Shown: positions 21,078 through 30,473 of the stretch, in pieces
Layout: every line of letters starts with the position of its first letter
Numbering within the stretch: the first letter of the stretch is position 1
Source of the DNA: Acidobacteriota bacterium
GTDB lineage: Bacteria > Actinomycetota > Acidimicrobiia > Acidimicrobiales > RAAP-2
Reading direction: 5' to 3'
Assembly (NCBI GenBank): GCA_018971385.1
Contig: JAGXAY010000001.1
Coordinates: 34,822-98,821 of the forward strand
DNA: 64,000 bases
Notes under the pieces: generated by a model
The model's input: the letters and a program-made list of their open reading frames with translations, nothing else
What the model was told of the DNA's origin: nothing
Databases searched by the model: none
Translations under genes and position numbers: made by a program

Positions 21078-22516
21078 AGCGAGAGCGCCCGCTCCAGTCG
21101 TTCCCGCACGACGGCGCGCCCGAGAATCTCGAGGGACTCGAAGAGGGGGGGTCCGACGGTCGTACCGGTGACGGCGACGCGCACCGGAGCCTGGGCACGG
21201 CGCAGAGTGAGTCCCACTTTGTCACCCACGGCGACCACGAGGGCGTGAAGACTGGACGACGTCCACTCCACGTCGTCCAGGACCTCTAGAACACCGCGTA
21301 CCACGAGCGCCCCCGACGCGTCCTGGCGCAGGACCTTATTCACGGCGTCCTCGTCGAGAACGAGCGGGGACTCGAAAAAGAAGCGGACCATCGCGGGGAC
21401 CTCTCCGAGGGTCGTCACTCGCTCGTGCACCAGGGGGGCGACGCGTCGAAAGAGGTCGGCGTCAAACGCCTCCGGCGCCCAGGGTGGGCGACGATCGGTC
21501 GGAACGAACGTGGCGTGATCGGGATCGACCCACGGAAGGCACGCCTGTACGAACTCGTCCAGACTGAGTCGGCGCACGTAATCACCGTTCAGAGCGGCCA
21601 GCTTCTTCACGTCGAAGAAGGCGGGTGAGTGCGACACGTCGCTTAAGCGAAACTGCCCCGTGACCGTCTCACGGTCGACAATCTCGGAGTCTCCCCGGGG
21701 GCTCCACCCGAGGAGGGCCAGGTAGTTCACGAACGCCTCGACCAGGTACCCCTCGTCGCGGTAAGCCATCGTCGAGACCGGGTCTTTACGCTTGGAGAGC
21801 TTCTTTCGTTGCTCGTTCACGAGGAGAGGCAGGTGGGCGTAGGTCGGTAGCGGCACCGTCTCCCCCGTCACCTCGTCGAGGGCCCGCCACAGGAGAACCT
21901 GCTTCGGGGCGTTCGCCAGGTGCTCTTCGCCCCGAATGACGTGGGTGATAGCGTCCCGTCGATCGTCCACCACGTTCGCGAGGGCGTAGAGAACGTCCCC
22001 CGACGACTTGGCAATCACGAAGTCTCCAATGACTCGGTTCTCGAAGGACACCTCACCGCGAATCTCGTCAACGATGTCGGTACTGCCCTCGAGAGGTGCG
22101 CGAAAACGCAGAGCAGTGCGCTCGGTGGGTTGGAGTCCGCGATCACGACAGAACCCGTCGTAACCGGGAGTCTTGTCCTCCCCCTTGCGCGCGGCCACAT
22201 CCTCGCCGGTGCAGTCGCAGTAGTAGGCGTAGTTCCCGTGACGAAGTGCCGCCGCCGCTTCGCGGTGGGCGGACCGGTACTCACTCTGCAGGTAGGGACC
22301 AACGTCGGCCCGAAAGCCGAGCCACTCCATCGACTCGATGATGACCTCGACCCACTCGTCGCGATTGCGCTCCTCGTCGGTGTCCTCGATACGCAACACG
22401 AAAACCCCGTCAGGGTCCTGGCGCGCGATGAGCCAATTGAAGTAGGCGGTACGCGCCGTACCGACGTGAAAAAATCCGGTGGGCGACGGTGCAATGCGCA
22501 CCCGAGGAGACACCAC
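21062..22516 (-). CDS. gltX: Glutamate--tRNA ligase
   Basis: RIAPSPTGFFHVG, LRIEDTD, THVIRGEEHL, KKLSKR and GPPLFESLE motifs; tRNA-Gln and tRNA-Glu lie downstream. Confidence 0.96.
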   Translation of the reverse strand: MVSPRVRIAPSPTGFFHVGTARTAYFNWLIARQDPDGVFVLRIEDTDEERNRDEWVEVIIESMEWLGFRADVGPYLQSEYRSAHREAAAALRHGNYAYYCDCTGEDVAARKGEDKTPGYDGFCRDRGLQPTERTALRFRAPLEGSTDIVDEIRGEVSFENRVIGDFVIAKSSGDVLYALANVVDDRRDAITHVIRGEEHLANAPKQVLLWRALDEVTGETVPLPTYAHLPLLVNEQRKKLSKRKDPVSTMAYRDEGYLVEAFVNYLALLGWSPRGDSEIVDRETVTGQFRLSDVSHSPAFFDVKKLAALNGDYVRRLSLDEFVQACLPWVDPDHATFVPTDRRPPWAPEAFDADLFRRVAPLVHERVTTLGEVPAMVRFFFESPLVLDEDAVNKVLRQDASGALVVRGVLEVLDDVEWTSSSLHALVVAVGDKVGLTLRRAQAPVRVAVTGTTVGPPLFESLEILGRAVVRERLERALSLCSAS

Positions 22517-22518
22517 GG

Positions 22519-22710
22519 TTAGTCCTCGAGGAAGATGGCGCCGTTGGGGCAGGCTCCGGCCGCTTCGCGAACGCCCTCGGCGAGGTCATCACCCGGCTCT
22601 TCGGTGAGCAGGTAGAGAAAGCCGTCGTCGCGCACCTCGAAGACTTCGGGGGCGATTCCCATACAGACGGCGTTCGACGAGCAGAGGTCGTAGTCCACGC
22701 GAACACGCAT
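22519..22710 (-). CDS. Small ferredoxin, probably [3Fe-4S]
   Basis: CSSNAVC...APEVF...CPNGAI; 63 aa. Confidence 0.9.
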   Translation of the reverse strand: MRVRVDYDLCSSNAVCMGIAPEVFEVRDDGFLYLLTEEPGDDLAEGVREAAGACPNGAIFLED

Positions 22711-22768
22711 ACCTTCACCCTACCCCGACGGACTACGCCTAGGCTCGACCCCGGCAAGAAGGAGAACA

Positions 22769-23695
22769 ATGAACTACCGTCCCCTCGGCTCACTTCAGGT
22801 GTCCTCCGTTGGTGTGGGCTGCAACAACTTCGGAACTCGCCTCGACGAGACCGCGACGCGCGCCGTCGTCGACGCCGCCCTCGACGCCGGAGTCACTCTC
22901 TTCGACACCGCCGACATCTACGGGGAGACTCGGTCCGAAGAGTTCCTCGGCCGCGCCCTCGCCGGGCGTCGATCCGAAGCGGTCATCGCGACCAAGTTCG
23001 GCGTACGTCTCGACGGGAGTGGCTTCGACTCCTCCCCCGAGTACGTGCGGCGCGCCTGCGAAGACTCCCTGCGCCGTCTCGGCACCGACTACATCGATCT
23101 TTACCAGGTTCACTTTCCCGACGAGGCCACCCCCATCGCCGAGACTCTCGACGCACTTCAGCAACTGAAGACGGCGGGCAAGGTCCGCGAGGTCGGGTGC
23201 TCCAACTTCTCCGTTAATCACCTTCGCGAGGCTCGAGACGCGTCGTCCGCTGTGCGCTTCGTCTCCCTACAGAGCCAGTACTCCCTCCTCGCGCGCTACC
23301 CGGAGAACGACGGCACTCTCGCGGACTGCGCGGAGTGGAACGTGGGGTTCTTGCCCTACTACCCTCTGGCGAACGGACTCCTCACCGGCAAGATTCGCCC
23401 GGGCCAGCCGATACCCGAAGGCACCCGTCTGGCCCTCATGCCCGAGGACCGACGGGCTCACTGGCTCGGCGATCAGCTCCAGGGCGTCGTGGGTCGGCTC
23501 CTCGACTACGTCGACCAACTCGAGGGCGTCACACTGCTCGAGTGCGCCTTCTCCTGGCTCCTCGCCCAGCCGGCAGTCGCGAGTGTCATCGCGGGCGCGT
23601 CGAGCCCCGAACAGATCCGGGCCAACGTCGCCGCCGCGCGAGAACTACCGGACGAAGTTCTCGCGCGCTTGGACGAGATCACTCGTTCGGCCTAG
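22769..23695 (+). CDS. Aldo/keto reductase
   Basis: FDTADIYG, IATKFG, SLRRLGTDYIDLYQVH, GCSNF and PLANGLLTGK motifs. Confidence 0.95.
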   Translation: MNYRPLGSLQVSSVGVGCNNFGTRLDETATRAVVDAALDAGVTLFDTADIYGETRSEEFLGRALAGRRSEAVIATKFGVRLDGSGFDSSPEYVRRACEDSLRRLGTDYIDLYQVHFPDEATPIAETLDALQQLKTAGKVREVGCSNFSVNHLREARDASSAVRFVSLQSQYSLLARYPENDGTLADCAEWNVGFLPYYPLANGLLTGKIRPGQPIPEGTRLALMPEDRRAHWLGDQLQGVVGRLLDYVDQLEGVTLLECAFSWLLAQPAVASVIAGASSPEQIRANVAAARELPDEVLARLDEITRSA

Positions 23696-25086
23696 TTGGC
23701 TTTGACCGAGGCCACCAGTTTGGTGAGGGTGTCCTTCGCGTCGCCAAAGACCAACGTCGTCTTCGGGTTGTAGAGCAGTTCGTTTTCGATTCCGGCAAAA
23801 CCGGGCCGCATCGAGCGCTTCAAGAAGACCACGTTCTCCGCGAGGTCGGCGTGGATAATCGGCATACCGTAGATGGGCGAACTCTTGTCGTCCGACGCCG
23901 CCGGGTTGACCGTGTCGTTCGCTCCCACCACGAGGGCCACGTCGGCCGTCGTGAGTTCGGTGTTCGCCTCGTCCATCTCCTTCAACTGTTCGTAGGGGAC
24001 GTTCGCCTCGGCGAGCAGGACGTTCATGTGCCCCGGCATACGTCCGGCCACCGGGTGAATGGCGTAAATCACCTCGATGCCCTTCGACTCGAGGACTTCG
24101 GCCAGTTCGCGCAGGACGTGCTGACCCTGAGCGACGGCCAAACCGTAGCCCGGGACCACGACCACGCGGCTCGCGAGTGACAGTAGGACTCCGATGTCCT
24201 CGGGGGAACCCGAGCGCACCGGTCGCTGTTCACCGGCGCCACCCGCTGCGCCCGTCGTGGCCGAACCGAAGGCCGAAAACAGGATGTTCGCGAGACTGCG
24301 CCCCATCGCCTTACTCATCAGACGAGTCAGCAAGATACCGGACGCTCCCACCAACGTACCGGCCACGATCAGGAGGTTCGACCCAATGGTGAAGCCCGAC
24401 GCCGCCACCGCGAGACCGGTGAAGGAGTTGAGCAGAGAGATCAAGACCGGAACATCCGCACCTCCGATGGGCAGCACGAAGGCGATGCCGAGAACGAAGG
24501 CGAGGGCCAGGAGCACCCAGAGCAGCGCGGAGGTCGACGAGACCAGGATGGCGACAATGAGTCCGAGTCCACCGAGTCCGAGCAGGGCGTTGATGACTTG
24601 CTGACCGGCGTAGGTGACGGGGCGCCCCGTCATTAACTCCTGCAACTTGGCAAAGGCAATCGCCGACCCGGAAAAGGACACCGTTCCAATCAAAACGCCC
24701 AGGAGGACCTCGAGTACGACGTAGGTCGCCGGGTGGGACGAGTGAATGTGAGAGAACTCCGTGATCGACACGAGCGAAGCCGCCCCACCGCCCACTCCAT
24801 TGAAAATGGCCACCAACTGGGGCATGGCGGTCATCTTCACGAATCGGGCCGCGGGCACCGCGATGGCGATACCGATCACCATGGCGACCACCATCAGGGG
24901 AAGGTGGTAGAGGGCGTGGCCGTCCACGTGCTTGAAGAATGTGGCGGCTATGGCAATCACCATGCCAATGGCCGCGACCACGTTGCCGCCTCGCGCCCGC
25001 TTCGGAGAACCCAGGCCTTTGAGGGCGAGGATGAAGGTCGTCGCCGCGACCAGGTACAACAGATTGATCAGAGTGTCACGACTCAC
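23692..25086 (-). CDS. pntB: NAD(P)+ transhydrogenase subunit beta
   Basis: MTAMPQLVAIFNG, IGGADVP, VPGYGLAVAQ, HPVAGRMPGHMNVLLAEA and GANDTVNPAA motifs. True start GTG 25086, overlapping the alpha-2 stop. Confidence 0.95.
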   Translation of the reverse strand: MSRDTLINLLYLVAATTFILALKGLGSPKRARGGNVVAAIGMVIAIAATFFKHVDGHALYHLPLMVVAMVIGIAIAVPAARFVKMTAMPQLVAIFNGVGGGAASLVSITEFSHIHSSHPATYVVLEVLLGVLIGTVSFSGSAIAFAKLQELMTGRPVTYAGQQVINALLGLGGLGLIVAILVSSTSALLWVLLALAFVLGIAFVLPIGGADVPVLISLLNSFTGLAVAASGFTIGSNLLIVAGTLVGASGILLTRLMSKAMGRSLANILFSAFGSATTGAAGGAGEQRPVRSGSPEDIGVLLSLASRVVVVPGYGLAVAQGQHVLRELAEVLESKGIEVIYAIHPVAGRMPGHMNVLLAEANVPYEQLKEMDEANTELTTADVALVVGANDTVNPAASDDKSSPIYGMPIIHADLAENVVFLKRSMRPGFAGIENELLYNPKTTLVFGDAKDTLTKLVASVKAN

Positions 25087-25397
25087 GAACGATCTCCCTG
25101 GGACTTGGCCTGCGGCTTCTTCGGCTTGAACATCTCGAGCATCCGGTCGGTGACCACGAATCCACCCACGACGTTGAGCGTCGCGAGAAGAACGGCGAGG
25201 AAGCCGAGCACCGTTTCGAGCGTCGTTGTCGCCGCCCCGAGTACCAGCATCGCGCCCACCAAAATGACTCCGTGGATGGCGTTCGAACCACTCATGAGTG
25301 GTGTGTGCAGAATGCTCGGCACGCGAGCAATCACCTCGATACCCACGAAGATGCTGAGCACCAGCACCGTCGCGTACTGCAACAGAACATTTCCCAT
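25083..25397 (-). CDS. pntAB: NAD(P)+ transhydrogenase subunit alpha part 2 (membrane)
   Basis: LHTPLMSGSNAIHG and NVVGGFVVTDRMLEMF motifs. Confidence 0.93.
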   Translation of the reverse strand: MGNVLLQYATVLVLSIFVGIEVIARVPSILHTPLMSGSNAIHGVILVGAMLVLGAATTTLETVLGFLAVLLATLNVVGGFVVTDRMLEMFKPKKPQAKSQGDRS

Positions 25398-26566
25398 TAC
25401 GGGGCCTCCTTCGGCTCGACCTCATTCGCGGCCGGCTCTTCGACTAGCGCCACGGGCTCTCGTCCGAGCGCTTGGGCCGTCGGCGCGTGGGATACGCGTC
25501 CCTCGCGAGCGACGGTGACACCAGCGACCACGGGGTCGGACCAGTCCGGAGCCCACTCCCCCTTCGAGCCGAAGAGGGCGAGCAATTTGATGACGTTGTT
25601 GGCGTACATGAAACTGGCGTGCGCGCCCATTTGAGCGGGCGGATTACTGAGGCCGACCACACGAACGCCTCCGTGTTCGACAATGTCCCCGGCGACCGTA
25701 AGCTCGCAGTTTCCACCACCGTCGGCGGCCATGTCGACCACGAGGGACCCTTCCGACATCGCTTCCACCATCTCGCGAGTGACGAGAATTGGGGCCTTGC
25801 GTCCCGGGACCGCTGCGGTCGTGATGACGACATCGGAGTTCGCCACCTCGGTCACGAGTTCCGCCTGCTGCTGGGCTCGCTCTTCCGGCGTAAGCTCACG
25901 GGCGTATCCGCCCGCGGCGTCCGCCGTCACCGACAGTTTCACGAAGGTGGCTCCGGCGGACTCGGCCTCTTCCTTGGCCGCCGAGCGTACGTCGTAGGCG
26001 CGCACCTTGGCGCCGAGTCGCTTGGCGGTAGCGATGGCCTGGAGGCCCGCCACACCGACCCCCATCACGAGCACGCGCGCGGGCTTAATGGTTCCCGCCG
26101 CCGTCGTCAGGAGGGGGAAGAAACGGTCGAAATGTTGAGCGGCCGCGAGAGTGGCCCGATAGCCGGACACGGTCGCCTGGGAGGAGAGGGCGTCCATGTA
26201 CTGCGCGCGCGAAATACGCGGCAACAGGTCGAAGGACAAGATGGTGATCCGCCGTTCGCTCAACGCGGTGACGACGTCAAGGTTGAGAAGGGGCGAGAGG
26301 AAGGACAGGTGGGTGGATCCTTCCGGGAGGAGGCGAGCCTCCTCGAGAGTCGGGGGATTAACCCTCAGCCCCACGTCTCCGTTGGGAGAGTCCACGATGG
26401 TGGCCCCCGCTTTCTCGTACGCGGCGTCCACAAAGTGGGACGCGACACCCGCCCCCCGCTGAACCTCCACCGAAAAACCGTCGCGGACTAGGGAACTCAC
26501 CGCGTCGGGGGTCAGCGCTACCCGAGTTTCACCGGGGCGCGACTCCCTATAGACCGAAAATTTCAT
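25397..26566 (-). CDS. pntAA: NAD(P)+ transhydrogenase subunit alpha part 1 (NAD(H)-binding)
   Basis: GETRVALTP, RAQYMDALSSQ, GVGVAGLQAIATAKRLGA and ITTAAVPGRKAP motifs. Confidence 0.94.
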   Translation of the reverse strand: MKFSVYRESRPGETRVALTPDAVSSLVRDGFSVEVQRGAGVASHFVDAAYEKAGATIVDSPNGDVGLRVNPPTLEEARLLPEGSTHLSFLSPLLNLDVVTALSERRITILSFDLLPRISRAQYMDALSSQATVSGYRATLAAAQHFDRFFPLLTTAAGTIKPARVLVMGVGVAGLQAIATAKRLGAKVRAYDVRSAAKEEAESAGATFVKLSVTADAAGGYARELTPEERAQQQAELVTEVANSDVVITTAAVPGRKAPILVTREMVEAMSEGSLVVDMAADGGGNCELTVAGDIVEHGGVRVVGLSNPPAQMGAHASFMYANNVIKLLALFGSKGEWAPDWSDPVVAGVTVAREGRVSHAPTAQALGREPVALVEEPAANEVEPKEAP

Positions 26567-26658
26567 GGGTTCGTTCTACCAGAGGGCTCGGCCTTTTCTG
26601 CGGTCCAAAGGTCCCAACTTGCATAAACCTTTTAATGAAGTAGTGGTAAAACTGTCGA

Positions 26659-27129
26659 GTGAACGCCCGACGCCGAGTCTCGAGCCCCGTGGGGGACTGG
26701 GTTCTCGAGGGCTCCGACGATGGTCTGCACCGGGTCTACTTGCCCCGAGAGGCCCCTCCCGTGAGCCCCGATGACGCCCTCCCCTGTGCGCTTCTCGACC
26801 GCGCAGCCGTCGAGTTCGAGGAGTACTTCAGCGGTCGTCGACAGAACTGGACCTTCCCCACCCGTCCGCTCACGGGCACGGAGTTCCAGCGTCGGGTGTG
26901 GACACTGCTCTCCGACATTCCCTTCGGGGCGACCACGACGTACGGCCAACTGGCCGTTCGACTGGGATCGCCCGGGGCCGCCCGCGCCGTCGGTGGTGCG
27001 AACGGCGCGAACCCGTTGCCCGTGGTAGTCCCTTGCCACCGGGTCGTGGCCACGTCCTCTCTCGGGGGCTACTCGGGCGGTCTCGACGTCAAGACGTTCC
27101 TCCTCGCTCTCGAGGGTGCTCGTACTTAA
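26659..27129 (+). CDS. ogt: Methylated-DNA--protein-cysteine methyltransferase
   Basis: GTEFQRRVW, ARAVGGANGANP and active-site PCHRV motifs. Confidence 0.93.
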   Translation: MNARRRVSSPVGDWVLEGSDDGLHRVYLPREAPPVSPDDALPCALLDRAAVEFEEYFSGRRQNWTFPTRPLTGTEFQRRVWTLLSDIPFGATTTYGQLAVRLGSPGAARAVGGANGANPLPVVVPCHRVVATSSLGGYSGGLDVKTFLLALEGART

Positions 27130-28499
27130 TAGCGTCGCAGTCGCAGTTGGAGAGTGGTGCCCTCCGCGGTCTCGATGAACTGCGCCGACCCGCCGTGGCG
27201 AGCGGCAATGTCGGAGACAATCGTGAGTCCCAGTCCCGTCCCTCCTGAACTCCGGGAGCGAGAGGAGTCGGCTCTGACAAAGCGTTGAAAAAGACGGTCT
27301 GAGGTCTCGACGTCCACCGCCTCGCCGTCGTTGTGAACCTCCACCACCACGTCGCCCATCTCGTAAAACGACGTCAACTGAATCGTGGACTGGGCGAATC
27401 GAACGGCGTTCTCCGTCACGTTGCGCAGCATCCGTCGAAGCAGCCCGACGTCGCCCCACAGTCGAACCGGCTCGACGAGAGAGGTATCCACCTGGAGTCC
27501 CGTCATCTGCCGCAACCGACGAGCTTCTTCTTCGATGACGTCATCCAGGTCAACCTCTTCACGGTGAACTTCTATCCCCCCCTCATCACTGCGCGCGATC
27601 CAGAAAAGGTCGTCGACGAGGGCGCTCAGTCGAAGTCCCTCGCGACGCACCACCGACGTGACCTCACCCCAGTCGGCTCGCTCCGGAGCGTACGCCGCCC
27701 GGTCGACCGTGGCGAGGAGCGTCGTGAGAGGACTGCGCAGTTCGTGGGAGGCGTTCGAGATGAACTCCTGCTGCGCTTTCGAGTTCGCCTCGAGACGCCC
27801 GAGCATCTCGTTCAACGTGACTGCGGTGCGAGACACCACGTCGTCGCCCGCCGGCACGGGGATTCGCTCACTCAAGTCTCCCGACGCGATGGCCGCGACC
27901 CTCCGTCGAATCGTTTCGATGGGTCGCATCGCGCGACCCACGGCAATCCAAACCAGAAGCGCGGCCACGAGAATCTCGAGGAGTAGTCGAAGGAGGAAAA
28001 ACTGCCCTAAGAGGCGCGTGATGCTCGGCGCCTGCGAACCGTCGTAGAAGGCGTACACCACGGCCTGACCCCGAGGGGTGGAAATGAGTAGACCCCGAGA
28101 CACGCTTAACTGCCCGGCGAGAAAGCTTCGCCCGACCCACCGGTTCTCCACCACCTGAAGACCGTTCGGCGCCGTATCGGACGCTTGGAAGTGGGCACTG
28201 GGGGGCAAATCCGCGATCGAGGAACTGCTCGCCCACACCTGTCGATTTGCGAGGTCCACGATCTGGGCGATCACCGGTGGCTTCGCCGTGAAAATGACTT
28301 TGCGCTGAGTAGTCGCGAGACGCGGGACCACGGAGTCGACGGCTTTCGCGAGAGTGGCGGTCACCTCATTGGTTTCGCGAGAGAGGGTCGACGACTGCTG
28401 AGCTGAATTAATGAGTAGGTTCGCTACCACTAGCAGCATCGTGACGAGGGAGATAAAGAGTAGGGTGAGGCGAGTCCGAACGGAAAGGCTTCGCCTCAT
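27126..28499 (-). CDS. Sensor histidine kinase (two TM segments, HAMP, HisKA, HATPase)
   Basis: FISNASHELRSPL, NVTENAVRF and GGTGLGLTIV motifs. Confidence 0.94.
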   Translation of the reverse strand: MRRSLSVRTRLTLLFISLVTMLLVVANLLINSAQQSSTLSRETNEVTATLAKAVDSVVPRLATTQRKVIFTAKPPVIAQIVDLANRQVWASSSSIADLPPSAHFQASDTAPNGLQVVENRWVGRSFLAGQLSVSRGLLISTPRGQAVVYAFYDGSQAPSITRLLGQFFLLRLLLEILVAALLVWIAVGRAMRPIETIRRRVAAIASGDLSERIPVPAGDDVVSRTAVTLNEMLGRLEANSKAQQEFISNASHELRSPLTTLLATVDRAAYAPERADWGEVTSVVRREGLRLSALVDDLFWIARSDEGGIEVHREEVDLDDVIEEEARRLRQMTGLQVDTSLVEPVRLWGDVGLLRRMLRNVTENAVRFAQSTIQLTSFYEMGDVVVEVHNDGEAVDVETSDRLFQRFVRADSSRSRSSGGTGLGLTIVSDIAARHGGSAQFIETAEGTTLQLRLRRY

Positions 28500-29185
28500 C
28501 GAGGAGAGGTGAACTGGTACCCCACGCCGCGGATCGTGCGAATGAGGCCCTGCGTCGGTGTCTCGAGTTTGCGACGGAGATATCCGATGTACACCTCAAC
28601 CACGTTGGGGTCACCCTCGAAGTCCTCACCCCAAATCTGCTCCAGGAGTTCAGATTTGTGAATGACTCGATCCGTTCGTTCCATCAAGTACTCGAGAAGA
28701 CGAAACTCCCGCGGCGTAAGGGTGGCCTCCACTCCCGGAGCGGCGACTCGTCGGCGTACGGGGTCCAGCGAGACCGCTCCCACGACGAGCACCCGGCTCT
28801 CGCCCCGTCCGTGCCGCCTCATGAGGGCGTTAACCCGGGCGAGAAGGACGGTGGAGTCAAAGGGCTTACGAATGAAGTCGTCGGCACCGAGCTCGAGACA
28901 TTCGATTTCGTCCAGCTCGCCGTCCTTCGCCGTCAGCACCACGATGGGAATGGTGATGCCCGCCGCACGAATGTCGGAACACACACTGAACCCGTTGCGA
29001 CGGGGCAGCATCAAGTCGAGAATCACGAGGTCGTAGTCCCCGCTCAGCGCCGATTTTGTTCCCGTCGGACCGTCGTCACAGACGTCGACGCCGTATCCCG
29101 CGTCCTTCATCAGCCCGGCCACTGCGACCGCCAGGCTCTCGTCATCCTCGATGAGGAGAACTCGGTACGTCGGGGAATCCATCAT
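28496..29185 (-). CDS. OmpR-family response regulator
   Basis: LLIEDD, ILDLMLP, GADDFIRKPF, LTPREFRLL and NVVEVYIGYLRRKL motifs. Confidence 0.95.
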   Translation of the reverse strand: MMDSPTYRVLLIEDDESLAVAVAGLMKDAGYGVDVCDDGPTGTKSALSGDYDLVILDLMLPRRNGFSVCSDIRAAGITIPIVVLTAKDGELDEIECLELGADDFIRKPFDSTVLLARVNALMRRHGRGESRVLVVGAVSLDPVRRRVAAPGVEATLTPREFRLLEYLMERTDRVIHKSELLEQIWGEDFEGDPNVVEVYIGYLRRKLETPTQGLIRTIRGVGYQFTSPR

Positions 29186-29262
29186 GGGTAATGTAGCCCT
29201 CTTTTCACCCTCTCATCAGGTCTCGAGATTTGCCCCGACAGTGTCATTTTCCTAAGTGCCAC

Positions 29263-29727
29263 TTAGGTCGTCGAAGAGACGCGGCGACGAAGGCGCCACT
29301 CGTCGAGGGACCAGGGTGTTGGAGGAGCAAGGATGAGGGCGGACCAGGCGAAGACGTAGACGATGTCGGCGCCGGTGAACCACGGGGCCGCGTGGTAGGA
29401 GACGGTTAAAAAAAGTGAGAAGGAGACCGCGAGTCCCACGACGGCTCCGACACGCACGTGAAATCCGAGTAGGAGGCTGAGCCCCACGAGAGTTTCCGTG
29501 ATGGCCATGGCGATTCCGACTTCAACGCCCAGGTGAAGGAGGGGGCGTAGCAGCCCACCCACCGGACTCGTCCTCACCGCGAGGTCGAGGGACTGCTGGA
29601 TCGAAATAGGTGATGAGGCGCGAAGGAAAGCGGGATTGGCCACCTTCTGGATACCGGCGTAGGTGAAGGCCACACCCAGAAAACCCCGGAGAGGGACCAG
29701 GGCGACGGATGATTCACGGGTCAACAT
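29263..29727 (-). CDS. DoxX/DoxD (TQO-like) family membrane protein
   Basis: PLRGFLGVAFTYAGIQK, ETLVGLSLLLG and WSLDEW motifs. Confidence 0.8.
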   Translation of the reverse strand: MLTRESSVALVPLRGFLGVAFTYAGIQKVANPAFLRASSPISIQQSLDLAVRTSPVGGLLRPLLHLGVEVGIAMAITETLVGLSLLLGFHVRVGAVVGLAVSFSLFLTVSYHAAPWFTGADIVYVFAWSALILAPPTPWSLDEWRLRRRVSSTT

Positions 29728-29828
29728 GCAACGAACTCGCTTCCGCGCTAGGCGCTTTTCGAGAAACGGGAGAACAACTGGAAGTGTACGGGTGCGGTGC
29801 GACCGTCCCGTTCACCCATAATGGGGGG

Positions 29829-30473
29829 ATGTACTCCGCATCGATAGTCGGTTGGCTCGTCAACGAACTCCACAAGGTACCGAGCCCGCTCGTCTACGTC
29901 GTCGCGGCTCTCCTCGTCTTCGGTGAGGCGGCACTCTTCGTGGGGTTCGTTCTCCCGGGAGAAACAACGGTCATCGTGGCGGGGGTCATTGCGGCGTCCG
30001 GACGAGTCAACATCGTGGCCCTGGCCGCCCTCGTCGTCGTCGCGGCCATCGTCGGGGATTCGGTCGGCTACGCCGTAGGACATCGCTACGGGGAACGCCT
30101 TCTCCAGCATCGGGCATTCTCGCGACACCGCGACGAGCTCACCTCGGCGATGGAGGGTTTGCGTAAACGCGGGCCGGTCTACGTCTTCGTCGGCCGCTTT
30201 ACGGCATTCCTCCGCGCCGTCATGCCCGGGCTCGCCGGCATGTCCAAAATGCACTATCGCCGATTTCTTGTCGCTAACGCCCTCGGGGGTCTGGTGTGGG
30301 GCGTGGCCTACACCCTGCTCGGTTACTTCTCCGGAACCCAGTTGACCCGAATCGAGAAGTACTCCAGCTGGGTCGGCTACGGACTCGTAGCGCTCTTTCT
30401 CGGGGCCGTCGGCGCGCTCTGGCTACGCCGGCGGCGACGCGCGAAAACTACCCGACCCACTCCGAACGACTGA
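29829..30473 (+). CDS. DedA family membrane protein
   Basis: EAALFVGFVLPGET, GDSVGYAVG, VFVGRFTAFLR, AGMSKM and NALGGLVW motifs. Likely start ATG 29829. Confidence 0.92.
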   Translation: MYSASIVGWLVNELHKVPSPLVYVVAALLVFGEAALFVGFVLPGETTVIVAGVIAASGRVNIVALAALVVVAAIVGDSVGYAVGHRYGERLLQHRAFSRHRDELTSAMEGLRKRGPVYVFVGRFTAFLRAVMPGLAGMSKMHYRRFLVANALGGLVWGVAYTLLGYFSGTQLTRIEKYSSWVGYGLVALFLGAVGALWLRRRRRAKTTRPTPND

